NCBI GenBank assembly: GCA_036172245.1
Contig: JAYWIR010000003.1
Span: 5,270,001 to 5,334,000 of the forward strand
DNA: 64,000 nucleotides
Reading direction: 5' to 3'
Source of the DNA: Raillietiella orientalis
Lineage: Eukaryota
The translations under genes were made by a program, and so were the position numbers. Below the pieces are notes generated by a model. The model did no database searches. It was not told the DNA's origin and saw only the letters and a list, made by a program, of their open reading frames with translations. This document shows positions 25,601 through 38,031 of this stretch, one piece after another; position 1 is the stretch's first letter, and every line of letters starts with the position of its first letter.

Positions 25601-28218
25601 GCTTTTATTTTTGCACCCGTGAACTCACGCACGTATCAAACGCGCTCCTCCGTCATGCGTACAAGAAGAACCGTTATCCCCTGAGAGCGGCATCACCATG
25701 GAAACAAACGCACGCCGGGAGAAGGACAACGCAGCAGGGCCCTTCGGGTGAGCGGGAGGAAGATTTCCGGATGACGTCTGCCACTCTTCTTGGCAACCGA
25801 GCGGCACGAGGCAGAGAAAAATGACACCGTCGAGGATACCGAGTCACCAGGCATGGGGCTAATGGTTGCGATGGCCACGGAAGCGTGGGGAGCATGGCAA
25901 CGAGCATTTCCTCGCTACCGCCCGCGCTCTTCTCAGGTTGCCCGGCGTGCAGAGCGACACCGAAACATCGGAAACGCGCCAGACTCTCCCTTGCCCAACG
26001 ACGATCAAGGACCGCACGCTGCTGCTGACCTCGGAACTGAACCGGCTGCGCCCGCGTCGACGGATGTGGCGATCACCTCCGTACGCACCAACGAGGAGGG
26101 ACTCGCTTGCCTGCAAGAAAGGGACTCCCGCCCCGAAGTCCACATACGAGGGGTGAGCTTTTCTCCCTCACTCCTTGAAATGGCCGTTGCTACTTGATAT
26201 TCCGGGAACTGAGGGAGGGAAAAGGAGGGAAGAAATCATCCTTCGGAATCAGCAAAAGGGAACGCCGCAGGGTAATGATGGATGTCAGGTCCGGATCGTC
26301 ACCGGTGAGTCTCTGCTTCCCACGGTGGCTTCGGTGCTATTCGCATGCTTCGAGTGGTTCTCACCACACGTGGACGTGGAAGTCTCCTGTCAGGAGCACC
26401 GACCGTGACGACACGACCACGAAGAGAAGAAACCCATCGCGTCGCATACTCAAGTGACCCACGTCCGGGGATCCGACCCCGAGTCGAGGAATGGGGGTGG
26501 AACCACCCCAGCCTTTGCGTTGTGCTCAGCCCTCTCCATCCAGGCAGTTTATCAGGGACCGTCGGGTTGCCTGGCAGCGGGGAAGCAATTTCCCGGATAG
26601 TCAACGCATCAATCGGCCGGTCGGTGCTCGACTCGGAACAGCGGATGCCGCACGACCTCGAAGCGAAGAAACCATGGGAACGGGATGCGGACTCGATGCT
26701 TTCGACGGCCGCATTATTTATTGATGGCACTTTATTGAGCTGACACCGGGCCGAAGACGTACCAAACCATCTGCGCTCCTCGCCTCGTTTCCCTTGAGCC
26801 TCGTCCTGTTCCTCGCCACCCTCGAATGTCTTGAAGGGACAGAGATGCTGTTGACTCCGAGGCAGCGCAGAACACAATGCAAAAGATCCCAATCGGGATT
26901 GAGAGGACGAAACGGGAGCGATTCTCTGCCGACTCTGCAAAGGAAGCTGGCATCCATCGGAATCTCAATTCTAGAAGCTTCTTCTTCTTCTGCCTCTGCA
27001 GTTTCTGACTGTCTCACTGCAGCCCGTCAACTCGTTTCTCGACACGTAAGAGTGAGGCCTGATCTGCGAGTGAGAGTGGTCCCGATCTGTCATCGAAGAC
27101 ATGAATCAGGAACTCTCACCGAGTCCTCTGCTTGCAGGACGCCCCGACCACTCTGGGATGCCACAGCGCGGTGGCAATTCGCCCCGACGGGTATTTCCGT
27201 TACCACCATTCAAAGTACCGGAAAGCCAACTTTTCTTGCACTGCCTCTCCCGGGTGCAGAACTGCATTCGAAATGGCAACGATGGCACAACGGGATATTC
27301 CTGTGCCTTCCTGAAGGGTGAAGGGTGCGTCACTCTACGACTTCGTCACTACACTCTCAGTTTAAGGGAAGATTCACGTTCGGCAGCATCAATCACACGC
27401 AATGAGAAGGTACACACACGCACACATACGAGAAAAAAAAAAGGGAAGGAATATTCCACGCGTGTGAATGAGAATTTTTTTTAAAAAACAAAAAAAACAA
27501 AAAACCCACAAATGTCAACGCCAAGGTCTATTTGTGTGTGAACACCGCGACCGATGGGTGTTCGGGTACGTAACACAAGCAGCTACACAAACACTTGCGA
27601 CCGATCCAAAAGAATGGGATGGAGATGGGAAAAGGGTGCCGTGAAGCCCAACACACAGGCAGTGCCTACGCATGTAGCTTTTTCTGATTTCGGAAATGGA
27701 CGTTCCGTGAAATCCTGAGTAGTCATTTTAACGGTGATGGGAAAAACTCATCTCCCACGATGTGCCGAGTGTCTCCCTCCCGGGCTCTCGTATCCGAAAA
27801 TTGCAAAAACTTGTCGCTTCCAAGAGCCCACACGAGAGGAGCGAAAAAGATGCCAGCTCGAACGGAAACTTTAAGTAAACACCCAGTTCGGTAGTGAGTT
27901 CGAGAGCACACCACGAAACGGCAAACAACAAGCAGAAAGTGTACCACTTACTTATATATCCATATATTTGATATGTGGTTTCATAACTATAGTGGCTTAT
28001 CTCAAGGATCGATCTTGTATGTGGGGATAATGAAGTTCATGCTCTCAATCATCTGACGCTCGACGGCTTCAGCAAATTCGACACGAGAAGAGCTCTCGTT
28101 ACGGTACACAGCACCTCCTCACACTGTACCTACCTTTACGTACTGAAGATATCTCAGTCAGCAACCAGCCTTGTATCGATCTCGTTCAATGCTTGCCATC
28201 CCCCTCTAGCGTGCAGCT

Positions 28219-31200
28219 TTACAACTGGAAATGTTTTCCCGAAATAAACAGATGGGGCTTTTTGGCTGTCGTCCGTCCCATCACGGCTTCATGGAGACTG
28301 GATGGTGGAGGGAAAGGTTCGAGGAAGAGACGAAGGGAATTCATGCGCCCCTGAGATCGATAGGTCCTGAAGGATTGCTTCGACCTCAGCCGAACTTCTG
28401 AGAAGTACCTGCAGGTTCTCTTTGGGGTCAGGTGTTGACAGAAGATTCTCGCGAGCACGGTGCTTTGGGAAGAGCAGAATGCTGCTTGGACAGCCGCCCC
28501 TGCATCCCGCTTCAGCTCCATTAGTCTAAATCCCCGTGGGGACCTCACCTGATGGTATCCCCTTCACTTCGTTGGCGCTCAGAAGTGCAAGCTTATCTTC
28601 AGTCTTCGGCAGCAGCAACGGCAGCAGCTTCGGGTCAGAGGACTGTGGACACGACCACGTATCGAAAAGCACATGGAAGTCTGGAGGCCTACCTAAAAGG
28701 ACAGGCATCCTTCTGCACGGCTTCCGAGGAACGCTTTCTCACGAGGACGGAAACATCCTCCTCCTCCTAGAAAGGTACTAGTCACTCCTTGGTCTGTGCT
28801 AGCTTCCCGACAGCAGCTCTGGAGGACACTTCGAAGCTCTTGGGTCGGACGCCTCCCTCTCCCGTTTCTTTCCGGAGTCTGAAAAAGCGCTCCTTGTTAC
28901 GTCGGTCTTCTTCTCCCGCCAGATGGAGCACCTGCTGGAGGCGGAAGCAGCCTCGTGTTTCCGGAGAAAGGCTCATGCCCAGTGCTCTGAGGTGCCGTGA
29001 GGATGGTCATGTGCAGCCACTTGTCACTACGGAGCATCCTTCCGAGGCTGGGGGCGATCCGGCTGGGAGATCGCGAGGGCGCGTTGTCAAGGAGCTTCTC
29101 CCTTTCACAGATTCGCTGGAGGAGGCACCCGGAAACTCCAGGGGGGAGAGGATTGGTCAGAGGGGATCAAGACGTGGTAGATAGGCCAAAGATCTTCTCC
29201 AGGCGCTTCGACCCTGAGAGGTGGTGGTTCTGGGAGCGACGGAAGGACTCGAAACATCTATTCCGTCTGCCATCCCTCGCGGCCGCTAGAGGCTCGGGTG
29301 GTCCTAAGTGGATAGACTAGGGAGGAGGACGTCATCCCCTCCATCTCACCGATTGCCACCTTACTCAAGAAGGCGCGCGGCAGTCTCAAGCCTGCAGGAG
29401 GAAGCAGGGATCTGCCAATGACCATCGAGGTCAGTAGCACCTTCCGGATAAACGCCACGTAGCAAACGGCCGCAGGAAACAGGAACGACAGTTTCCAGGA
29501 CGAGGGGGAGCGCCAGTCGAAGCAGTGACTCGGCTCCGCCCCTGGACAAGGCGGAGCAACTGGTGGGGAAGCTAGTCGCAACTGCCCTTGCGACTGGTGC
29601 CTCCCTGATGCGGGACAAATGAACTCTCTTGGCTGGATTCTCAGAGCTCTTCGTCTCCGGGAGACGGGAAGGAGCCATGGAGAAAGCAGCCTCTATGTGA
29701 CTTGGATGACAACGGAGGTGCGAGAGGGAAGTGACGTCCCGGAAATTGGGGAAGGGCGGAAAGAGAGAATCGCTTGGGAGAACTGAGACCAGGGTCTTCC
29801 GCCGCTGAAGGCAGCTATCGAGGTCGCTCTCCTCTTCTCTCATTAAGAGACGTGGACTTCGCGTCGTCCCTCTTCCATTAACGTCTGCCTGCTTCTGCAG
29901 GATCCGGCAGAAAGGCTCTTTTTCTCCCTCGGCATGAGACCCATCCGAGGTCCCAGGTCGTCCTCTTTTAAATCGCCCGTATTCTCCACCACTACCAGCT
30001 GGGGAGGTTGCGGCAGGCACAGGCGGCTACCTGGATGAGGGTCATCCTTCCCGACAGGAACCGACTTCAGGAGAGGGCAGACCAGATGTGGAGAGTGTCT
30101 CCCGCTCTCCCATGGAAGACGAGGACGGCAGCAGTTCTCCCTATTCCCGTGCACCCACCGGGGACGACTGCGGGAAAGAGATCTCACCCCATCTCCCTCT
30201 CCTAGGTTCCACAACCCTCCACAAGGACCTCGGGAAGCGAAAGCGGGAGTGATCGGGGAAGGTCTGCCGCGAGACAGGAGAACACTGCAGTCCTCCGCCA
30301 CCCTCTCCTTCAGGACTCTCTGCCAGTGCTAAGGAGCTCCTCTTTGGGTTTTCTCGCGTGCATGGGATTTCCATCCGGTAGAGAAAGGGGGATGAGCAGG
30401 AGCAGCTGGGATCTTCCGCTTCTCTACCAGGGTCTGGAGCCAGACGGAACCTTTTCCGCGGGAAGACATCCCTCGATGTCTCCCCCTCGCCTGCAGGCCG
30501 CTCCGCCGCTTTCCGCAAAGTCTTGGTCAGTTGCACCTTTCCTGGCCTCACCGCTTGGCCGTAGGGGTTTGAATCTACAGCTGCCTTAGCTCTTGTAGGG
30601 TACGATTCCTCTTCTTCTCTTTCCTTCTTTTTTTCCTCTCCCATGTGTTCCGCATTTCCTGTCGTGTTATTCCACCGCGGCATCGCATCCAGGAGATGGA
30701 CTGCAGAGGTGGACACTTCTGGACCTCTGCGCCGATGGCCTGGTGGACTTCCGACGTCCAGTGCCTCCTTTGCGTCCGCCAGGAAAATCAAGCCGCGTCT
30801 CCCAGCTCAGGGATGCTGCGCTCTATGGGTCGCACTCTTCCGTCTATCTCCCGTCCACGGTCCATGGTTTCTCACGTCCGGGACTTCTATATTCCCAAGG
30901 AACAAGCGAAGACTGGCGTACCTACGAGAAGGAAGACCTGCTTCTCTCCCTGGTCCATGATGTTGAAATATTCAAGGGTTGCGGCTAGAGAAGCATCGCG
31001 GAAAGCAGCAGTAAGTCCTTCCGGACTTCTAGCCGCACGAAGTCATCCCATTCTTGAGGCACGCCATTGCCAGGGCTACCCCACCGTCGATGCGCTTTGC
31101 GAGGGTTCCCTGTCTTCAAACTGGAAATCGTGTCCAGCTCCTGATACAGAGATGTTTGAATCCACTAGCTGGAAAAGACGCAGAAGTGACCATTGACCTT

Positions 31201-31560
31201 TGGAAATACGAGTGTGGAGCCAAAACGATGGCGAAGTGGATGTGGTCCGCATTGGCAGACGAGTGGCTGTGCCCTCCAGCCACGTGGCTCACCACTGGGC
31301 GTCGCCGGTTCGAATCTCGCCCGTAGAAGGAAGGATCGACACCGAGAAGTGGGGTATGCGTCATGAGTTTCGAGTCTTCTCCACAGACTGGGCACTGGTG
31401 GAAGTCGGAAACCGAGGGATGCCTCCCTTGACGGACCGGACCTCCGAAGTCCTTCCAGAAACCAAGAAGCAGATTCTCTTCGTGGTCTCTCTCCGGTTGT
31501 GAAAATGGAGCCGTCCTTCCCCCTCTCAGGGGTCACCTCTCCAGAGTGTGAGAAGCCCAC
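28219..31560 (-). pseudogene. Decayed long reading frame or unrecognised spliced gene
   Basis: ORFs 30141-30791 (216 aa) and 29361-30020 (219 aa) share one frame and are separated by only three stops. Short GT-AG intron-like segments occur at 28.3-28.8 kb. No recognisable domain. Confidence 0.3.
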
Positions 31561-31639
31561 TGCTCCCTTCGGGGTTTCTTCAGGAGAGGAGGAAAGAGGG
31601 AGTGATTCCCTCGCGGGTTCTCTCCGTTGTGCCAGGAAG

Positions 31640-33323
31640 GAAGACAGTCCCGCGTAGCCGGGGGCTCGATTGACCAGGTATCGTGCGGGCTCACGCCAGC
31701 TCGTGCTCCCAAGCTTCGCCTCTAGGGTAAGCGTCCTCTACTGGAGCTGCCGCACAGAGTCAGGCACAACAGAGTCAGGAAGTCGAGGCCTCCGTCGCGA
31801 TGCGGAGCTCACAAGTCCTTCAGACAGACTCGGGGCTTCTCTGTGCCTCTCAGGGAGATTCGCAGGAGATCCTTCGTCCCCTTTTAATGCTACTCAGTGA
31901 GGGGCAAACAAAAATCAGGAGGCGGGAGGGGGGAGAGGAGGGATACAAACGCGTACCACACCGTGGCCCGTTCCGGCAAGAGAAACTTGCCATCCCGGAA
32001 TGGGTGGATACCCAGTTCCGCCTTCTGGAGGCAGCGGGACCACGCCTTCGCCAGAGAATAGTCACCCAGCCGTACACCGAGGTACTGAAAGTACCGGACC
32101 GTAGGGATCCCCAAGCAGATCCAGTCCAGCTGCCTTACCCACGCCGAACCTACTGCCATCACGGACGATTTCTCCCTGTTCACCTCCAGTCCTGTCTAGC
32201 GGCTTAACAGCTCGAAGAAATCTTCGACTGCCGAAGCCGAGGTGGACATGGGGAGCAGCAGCAGATCGTCCTCATACTTTGACATGGCCGGTGTGCCTGG
32301 GCATGCGCATGGTAGGCGAGCCAGAGTCTCCCTGTATGCCCTCAGCACCAGCTCAAAGTAGGTGCTGAAGAGCAAGGGGCTCAAACTGTTGCCTTGCCGT
32401 ATCCCGCGATGCACGGCGCACCGTTCACTAAAAGAAATGTTGGTCAGCTCGTCGCGCCAGCAAGAGCGCAGAAAGGCCGCCAAAGAGGCCGTGAAGCCCA
32501 GGCGTTCCAGGAACTTCAGAAGTTCCTGGTCCACGCAGTCGAATGCTTTCCGCAAGTCGACTGCGACCGCAAGGTCCCCCTCTTCTTCCCGACCATCCCG
32601 CCCACCACCGGCGGACCTCCCGGAAATCGAAGTACCGAACGTGTTCCCTTCGTTCGCTCTTCTCCGCTGGAACTCGAACCAGGTGTTCGCGAAGAGCGAG
32701 TTGGCATCCATACTCCTCCCGGGGACAGCGTAGGACTGCTCCGGGCTAATAAAGCTTTCCGTTACGCGTCCCAATCTCTCCGAGAAAAGTTTTGCCGGCA
32801 ACTTGGCATCCGTGTTCAACACGGTGGTCGGACGCCATTTGCTGAGGTTCCGTAAGTTCCCTTCCTTCGGAAAGAGACGCATCCGTACTGATCGAAAGGA
32901 GGCAGGAACGTCACCTATCTCCCGAATCAGTAGCGTTAAGCGCTGCACCAGGGGGGTCAGCTTCGCCACGAAACATTGAAAGAACTCCACAGGTAGGTCG
33001 TATTCCCCTAGTGCCTTCTGCCTCTTCAGTTTCTTGATCGCTGTGATGATTTCACCCATCGTGAAAGGCTCATCCAGGTGTGCTCTCTTCTCCTTCCCGA
33101 TCGTTGTGGCGCCTTCTGGAAGCAAGGACCGAGAGATGCCCTGCTCCAGAGGTGTCCTAGAGTACAGGAAGGAGTAATAACTGCGCACTAGGTGCTTTAC
33201 CGCCGCAGGGTGCGAGTGCTCCTGACCGTCGTCATCCAGCAGACTGGCAGACCCGGATTGCCAGGCCTGCCGCACGGCCCCGGATTTGAACTCTGCTAGG
33301 CGGTGGGTGTCCGGTATCCGGGT
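31640..33323 (-). pseudogene. Reverse transcriptase region of ORF2, copy A, disrupted
   Basis: WRPTTVLNTDAK, ISPEQ, VDLRKAFDCVD, GIRQGNSLSPLLF and YEDD (degenerate YADD) in the 32196-33341 ORF; continues after frameshifts to about 31640. Confidence 0.92.
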
Positions 33324-35195
33324 GTGGCGATGAGCCTGCAAGTACAGTCTTTCATTCCGAACACCCTCGCCGGATCCCCCGATCTTCTGCCGACGATCTT
33401 CTGCTCCTCTTACCTATGTCCACCCCGGCGAAGGCGGTCGGAGTTTTCTTCAACCTGCTTAGCCGTGGGGCCGGATTACAGGTCAACAGGGCGAAGTCGT
33501 CGGTGGTGCCAGTTGGAGCGGCGTGGGCAGGGCAGCAGGACTGGGTCCGTCTGAGGATCCCCACGGTGAGGTGCATCAAGTACCTTGGTGTGCCGTTGGG
33601 GGACTTCTCCCCTGCGGAAGCGTGGTCCAGCTGCCTCCAAAAAGTCGAGACGGCGATCGGCCCGTTCCTGGAAGGCAAGTTTCACTTGCCAGAACGGGCC
33701 GCGGTTTGGAACGCCTTCGCGGCCCCCATCCTCCGCCCCTTGCTTTTTGCTTGCCCCGCCCCCGTGGAATCTAAGAAGCGGACGAAGGACCTCCTCCGCA
33801 TCGCCCTTTGGGGCAAGGGGAGGCCCCGAGTCCCTTTGAAGGACTTGTGCGCTCCGCGTCGAGACGGCGGTCTCAACCTCCTGACGCTGGAGCGCGTGGA
33901 ATTCCAGCTGCGATGGCGAACCCTCGCCATCGCAGCGATGTGGAGCACCGACTGGTGCATTCCGGCCCGCCTCCTGGCCAGGCGTGTGTCCCGATGCGAA
34001 GGACTCGCGTCGTTTCTTCTGTGCCCTGGCCGGAAGATTTGAAGATGCGGCCTACTGCTCGGGCGCATGGCAACCCTGGCGAAGGAGAACGGCTGGATGG
34101 TTTGTGGCCCCGCCAACTCCTCCGCTTGGCTGGAGGAGACTGCTGGAACCTGGGCCAAGCAGAACCAGAGGTGCGAAGATCCAATGAACTGCCTGCGAGT
34201 CGGCTTCTACGCCCGCCGAACTCTGCGTGAAATTCTTGAATTTCCAGCGAGTTGCACGTGGGCGGAAGGGACATTCCTTGCTACGGCGATGCCCTTCCTC
34301 CGGAACGCGCTTCACAACAGCCGGAAGCCGAGGTGGCAAGTCTGCTGCCGTATCGCAGGCAGAGAGAAGATGATGAGCGGCTGGATCATGGGAGAGCTGA
34401 CAGATGCTACGACCTCTAGTGTCCAGCCGCGTGGATTAAGAAGATGGGGCGAGCTGCTCGGCATCCGGTCGGATGACCTGAAGTGTCCCCCGGTTCTAAT
34501 TGGTTCCAGGATTCTTCCCCTAAAGTGGCAAGAGTCGGCGCTTCTGTGGCTGCATTGGGGTCTACCCTGCAACACCCGCCGCTTCCAGTGGACGAGGGGG
34601 AGAGTAAACCCAGAGTGTGCCAGGTGCGGGGAGCAGGAGTCCCTCCCCCACCTGATAGTTGACTGTCCTGCCCTCCGGCCCTGTGGGAACGTTTCTGAAC
34701 GACCCTTGGGATACCGGTTGGCGGCAACCCCAGAGACGTTTACCGCCTTCTCTTCGTGCGGGACGCCCTGCAGCTAGCCGCAGCCCTGGCAGCACTTTGC
34801 TGCATCCATGGGATTGTAGCGGCCTGGAGTGAAGCCGAAGATGAAGATGCCAACGAGAGGGACGTCATCCCGTATGCTGCTCGCTTCCTGCAGAGAGCTA
34901 CCGGATGGCTCCAGCTGAGTGGACTAAAGAAGGACCTCGAAGGTATCCTGCAAAGGATGGACCCTCCTCTCACTGGGCGGTGATCCCTTCCCCGCCCTCC
35001 AAATTCTTTTTTTTTGTCTTATTGTTTTATTTTTCTTGAGCTTTTGTTTTTTCCTCCATCCCTTTCCACTGCCGAGGTGAGTCACGCTGGTCTGCGTCCC
35101 GGTGTCCCGGCAGGTCCCGCGAAATATTGGCCGTTAGTGGGCCTTGTACCACGTTTTGTAATGAGCTTAAGGAGAGTTTGAATAAATGTCCTGGC
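33324..35195 (+). mobile_element. 5'-truncated Tx1/L1-clade copy B inserted antisense into copy A
   Basis: Begins near the ADD motif, then GLQVNRAKS, IKYLGVPL, RDGGLNL and a C-terminal zinc finger (CARCGEQESLPHLIVDC). T-rich 3' UTR with AATAAA at 35181. Flanked by the direct repeat GTATCCGGGT (33314-33323 and 35196-35205). Confidence 0.9.
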
Positions 35196-35205
35196 GTATC
35201 CGGGT

Positions 35206-35990
35206 AGCAACGCTGAATCCACTTGGGAGACGGTCCAGGGGGGAATGCCCTCAGAACTCTCTGACCGAGATCTTCAAATCGTCTCAGTCGTCGAGCGTCT
35301 GCACTCTGCAGCCTTGCAGAAACCGCTGCACCTGGCATGTTGGGCCAGTCCCTCGGAAGTCGCCATGCCTGTGAGAGGGGGGAGATCTCCTGTCACGCGG
35401 AAGAATTTCAAGCTCCATCTGGGAGTGGTCGGAGAGCTTGGACCGCACCTTTCCTCGCCTCTCCACGCGGCAACGCAGGTGCTTGTCGAGGAAGACGTGG
35501 TCCACGCTTCCTCCCATCCCGGGCTCCTCAGCTAACAAGTTGGACCCGTGCATACATCTTGTTAACCGCACCTGACAGCAGACGGATGTTGAAATCACCG
35601 GCTATCAGTCGGGATTTCAACATCGCCAGCCAGTCGCGCTTCAGGAAGAACACTCTCCGTGCAGTGCGCGCGCAGCCACCGCTTGGTGCGTACACTTTGT
35701 AACAACGAGGTTCATCAAGTCGGTCCACCTGAAGATTTGACCGACCCGAACTGCCTCGTCGAAATGTAAGCTTTGTATCGCGCATTGCAGGGCAGGCTTG
35801 AGCAGGAAGGCGATCTCGCGCGACCGGCGGGAGCCGCAGCGCCACAGGAGCTGACCGCCCGCTATCCTTTCGATCTCTCGCGTGTCTTCTGCCGAGGTAT
35901 CTGGTGTATCTGCTGGAGGGTGGCATCTGTGTCTCATCTCCTGCCGGGATCGCGTAGCCCGTTGACGCTAGCAGCGCGTAGTCGACGGCA
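35206..35990 (-). pseudogene. APE-type endonuclease region of ORF2, copy A, disrupted
   Basis: Ordered motifs SVNGL, VYAPS, LIAGDFN, SVDHVF, LSDH, then (W>stop)DDLKISVREF, spread over several frames. Confidence 0.85.
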
Positions 35991-38031
35991 GGTGGCGAGT
36001 CCCGGAATTACTGCTGGGAAAGTGATGCTGTGGCCCCCGCCTCCGATTGGGGCAGGGTGCTGCTTGGGGACCCTGAGGGCTGGGGGAACCTCGGCGACCT
36101 CCTTCGCCTCCACAGGTTCCACCGCGTCCAAGCGTGGGAGAGTATCAGGAGACGTGTCCTGAGCTCCCACGTTCTCAGCAGCCTCGTTTCCGGAGGATTC
36201 CCCTTCCTCGGAAGAGTCGATCTTCCTGGGATTCTTGAACTTCCTTCCAGACTTCCGCGGGGGTGCAGACGCGAAAGGTGAGCTTCCGACCATTGGTTTG
36301 GAGTCCGAGGTCTCGGACTCCTTCCCGGGGACCGGACGTCTGTCGGTCTTTTTGGTTCTCACTCAGGTGCGCCAGGGCGTTTATTCATTGCGAACAAACA
36401 TTTACAGAATCTGTGCACGATGTTACGGAAGCCCGCCGGGTCACCGGTTCGCAGACCAGTGCAGGAAACCACAGCAACAGAGGAAAGGGGACGAGCACGA
36501 AGAAAAACAAAAATAAAAATATATACCAAAAACTTTGGGAAGGGGGGATGGGTGAAAGAAGGGATCACAGTCTGCTGGGGTGGCCATTACATCCTCTGTA
36601 GGATGTCAGCAAGCTCTTCCTGTATATTAATTTCCTGTATATAATGGGGCCATCGCGTTGCCATCCTCAGGAAGTGGACAGCATGTACAATAGCATCCCT
36701 GTCGTTGGGTCCTCCTGTTGCGTTGCTCCATGCAGTGGCTGAAGGGCGTCGCGAACGAAGAGGAGTCTAATTGAGTCCCTGGGGTTACCGTCGGGGATAC
36801 CTAGGGTCGCGGCAAAGCGGTCCCAGGTATCCCTCGGCCTTCTTGGCTGCCTTGGCGGACTGCAGTAGCATGGTGGCCAGCTCTTCTGCTGCTTTGGCAG
36901 AGGCCGCGTCCTCGTGACTCTCCCCCTCGCCGCAACCCTCGCTGTCTTCACTGTCGCGGAGCCGTAGGCGTTGTTGCATACGGCAACGTCCATTTTTCAC
37001 GGCTTCGCGGCGATGGGAATGCGTTGCAGATTAAGCGTGCATTTTTTACGTTCTTTGGAGGTCAATTTATTTTTTTTTCTTATTTTTCTTTTTGTAGATG
37101 ACCATTTGCCAGCCAGGCTCCACTCCTTCCACTTCGGCAGCCTGCGTTTCCACAGCCGAAGTGGTCGGCGTGGTCTTCTCGAATGGCTTCAGATCAGTCT
37201 TTCTACCGTTTTTTGACCTGACTTTGCCAGGTTTTTCCGCGTCTGCGCTTGTTTTGCTGCTCGTAGCAGCTGGACCGCACGGAACCTTTTTGGGACACAC
37301 TTCTTCGGTGTGCCCCTTCGTATCGCACTGGTGGCATGCGATGTTGGGGCATCTTTTTTTGAGGTGCCCGGTGACCTCGCAATTGCCGCACCACTTAGGC
37401 TTCCCCAAGTACCAGAGGTCGAATGGGTTCTCTACCAAGCGCCAGTTTGTGGGGAACCCCTAGTTCTTTGTCACCGTGATGCGTATCGCGGCGAGCCCGC
37501 TAAGGATCCCTTCAAATACGCGGAATCTGAAGGGCTTTGCCCATAACTCGTAGACGGTGCCGAATTTTTCGAGTTTTTCCCGTACGGCAATGCCCCTTAG
37601 GTAGATCACGATGGAGTCATCCACCGGAACGGAAAAGACCTGGCGGCCCTCGATCTTCACGGGGATTCGCAGCAGTCTCTGTGCTAGACCCACTTCCTTG
37701 CAGGTAAACTCTACGTGCTGTCCCCCGCTTCTGATCGTGAGCCCCATCAGTCCTTCCTCACGTTCAATCTGCACAGCTCCTCCTCGAAGGAACGCGCAGT
37801 GCGATCATCGATAACCCTACCTAGCTTGTAGACTAGACTAGGGTTGCATCCGTAGGCCTTGTAGGTCTCAGCCTCGGCCATGGCTGCTGCAGAGGGCGCG
37901 GCAACCACAGAGCTATATTCCCTAGTCGGCGCGTGGTATGAAACTTCGGGAGCGGATGTTCCCACCTCCATGGGTACGGGGGACGATCTTTCAATGTCGA
38001 TCTGACACTTTTTCGTGGTGGATTCAGGCAT
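35990..38031 (-). pseudogene. ORF1 (gag-like nucleic-acid-binding protein, two CCHC zinc knuckles) of copy A, disrupted
   Basis: ATG at 38031, frameshift near 37790, in-frame TAG at 37460. Knuckles CGNCEVTGHLKKRC and CHQCDTKGHTEEVC. The low-complexity K/E/S-rich C-terminus is split by nested copy C. Confidence 0.8.
36356..36833 (-). mobile_element. Short 5'-truncated Tx1/L1-clade copy C inserted in sense orientation into ORF1 of copy A
   Basis: Encodes WDRFAATLGIPDGNPRDSIRLLFVRDALQ, homologous to the end of ORF2 in copy B, followed by a 3' UTR with AATAAA (36380-36385, minus strand). Flanked by an 11/13 matching direct repeat (36343-36355 and 36834-36846). Confidence 0.8.

Noticed and set aside
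4020..27500. Many overlapping 100-350 aa ORFs on both strands
   Set aside because: Expected in GC-rich DNA; Arg/Pro/Gly/Ser-rich with no domains. Only the short exons of the four-TM gene are supported.
31278..31325. tRNA-like B box (GGTTCGAATC)
   Set aside because: No cloverleaf or properly spaced A box; at most a SINE remnant.
31620..35200. Single twin-primed insertion explaining the head-to-head RT segments
   Set aside because: The two segments overlap in homology yet are clearly diverged, and the host frame resumes beyond 35205, which favours nested insertion.
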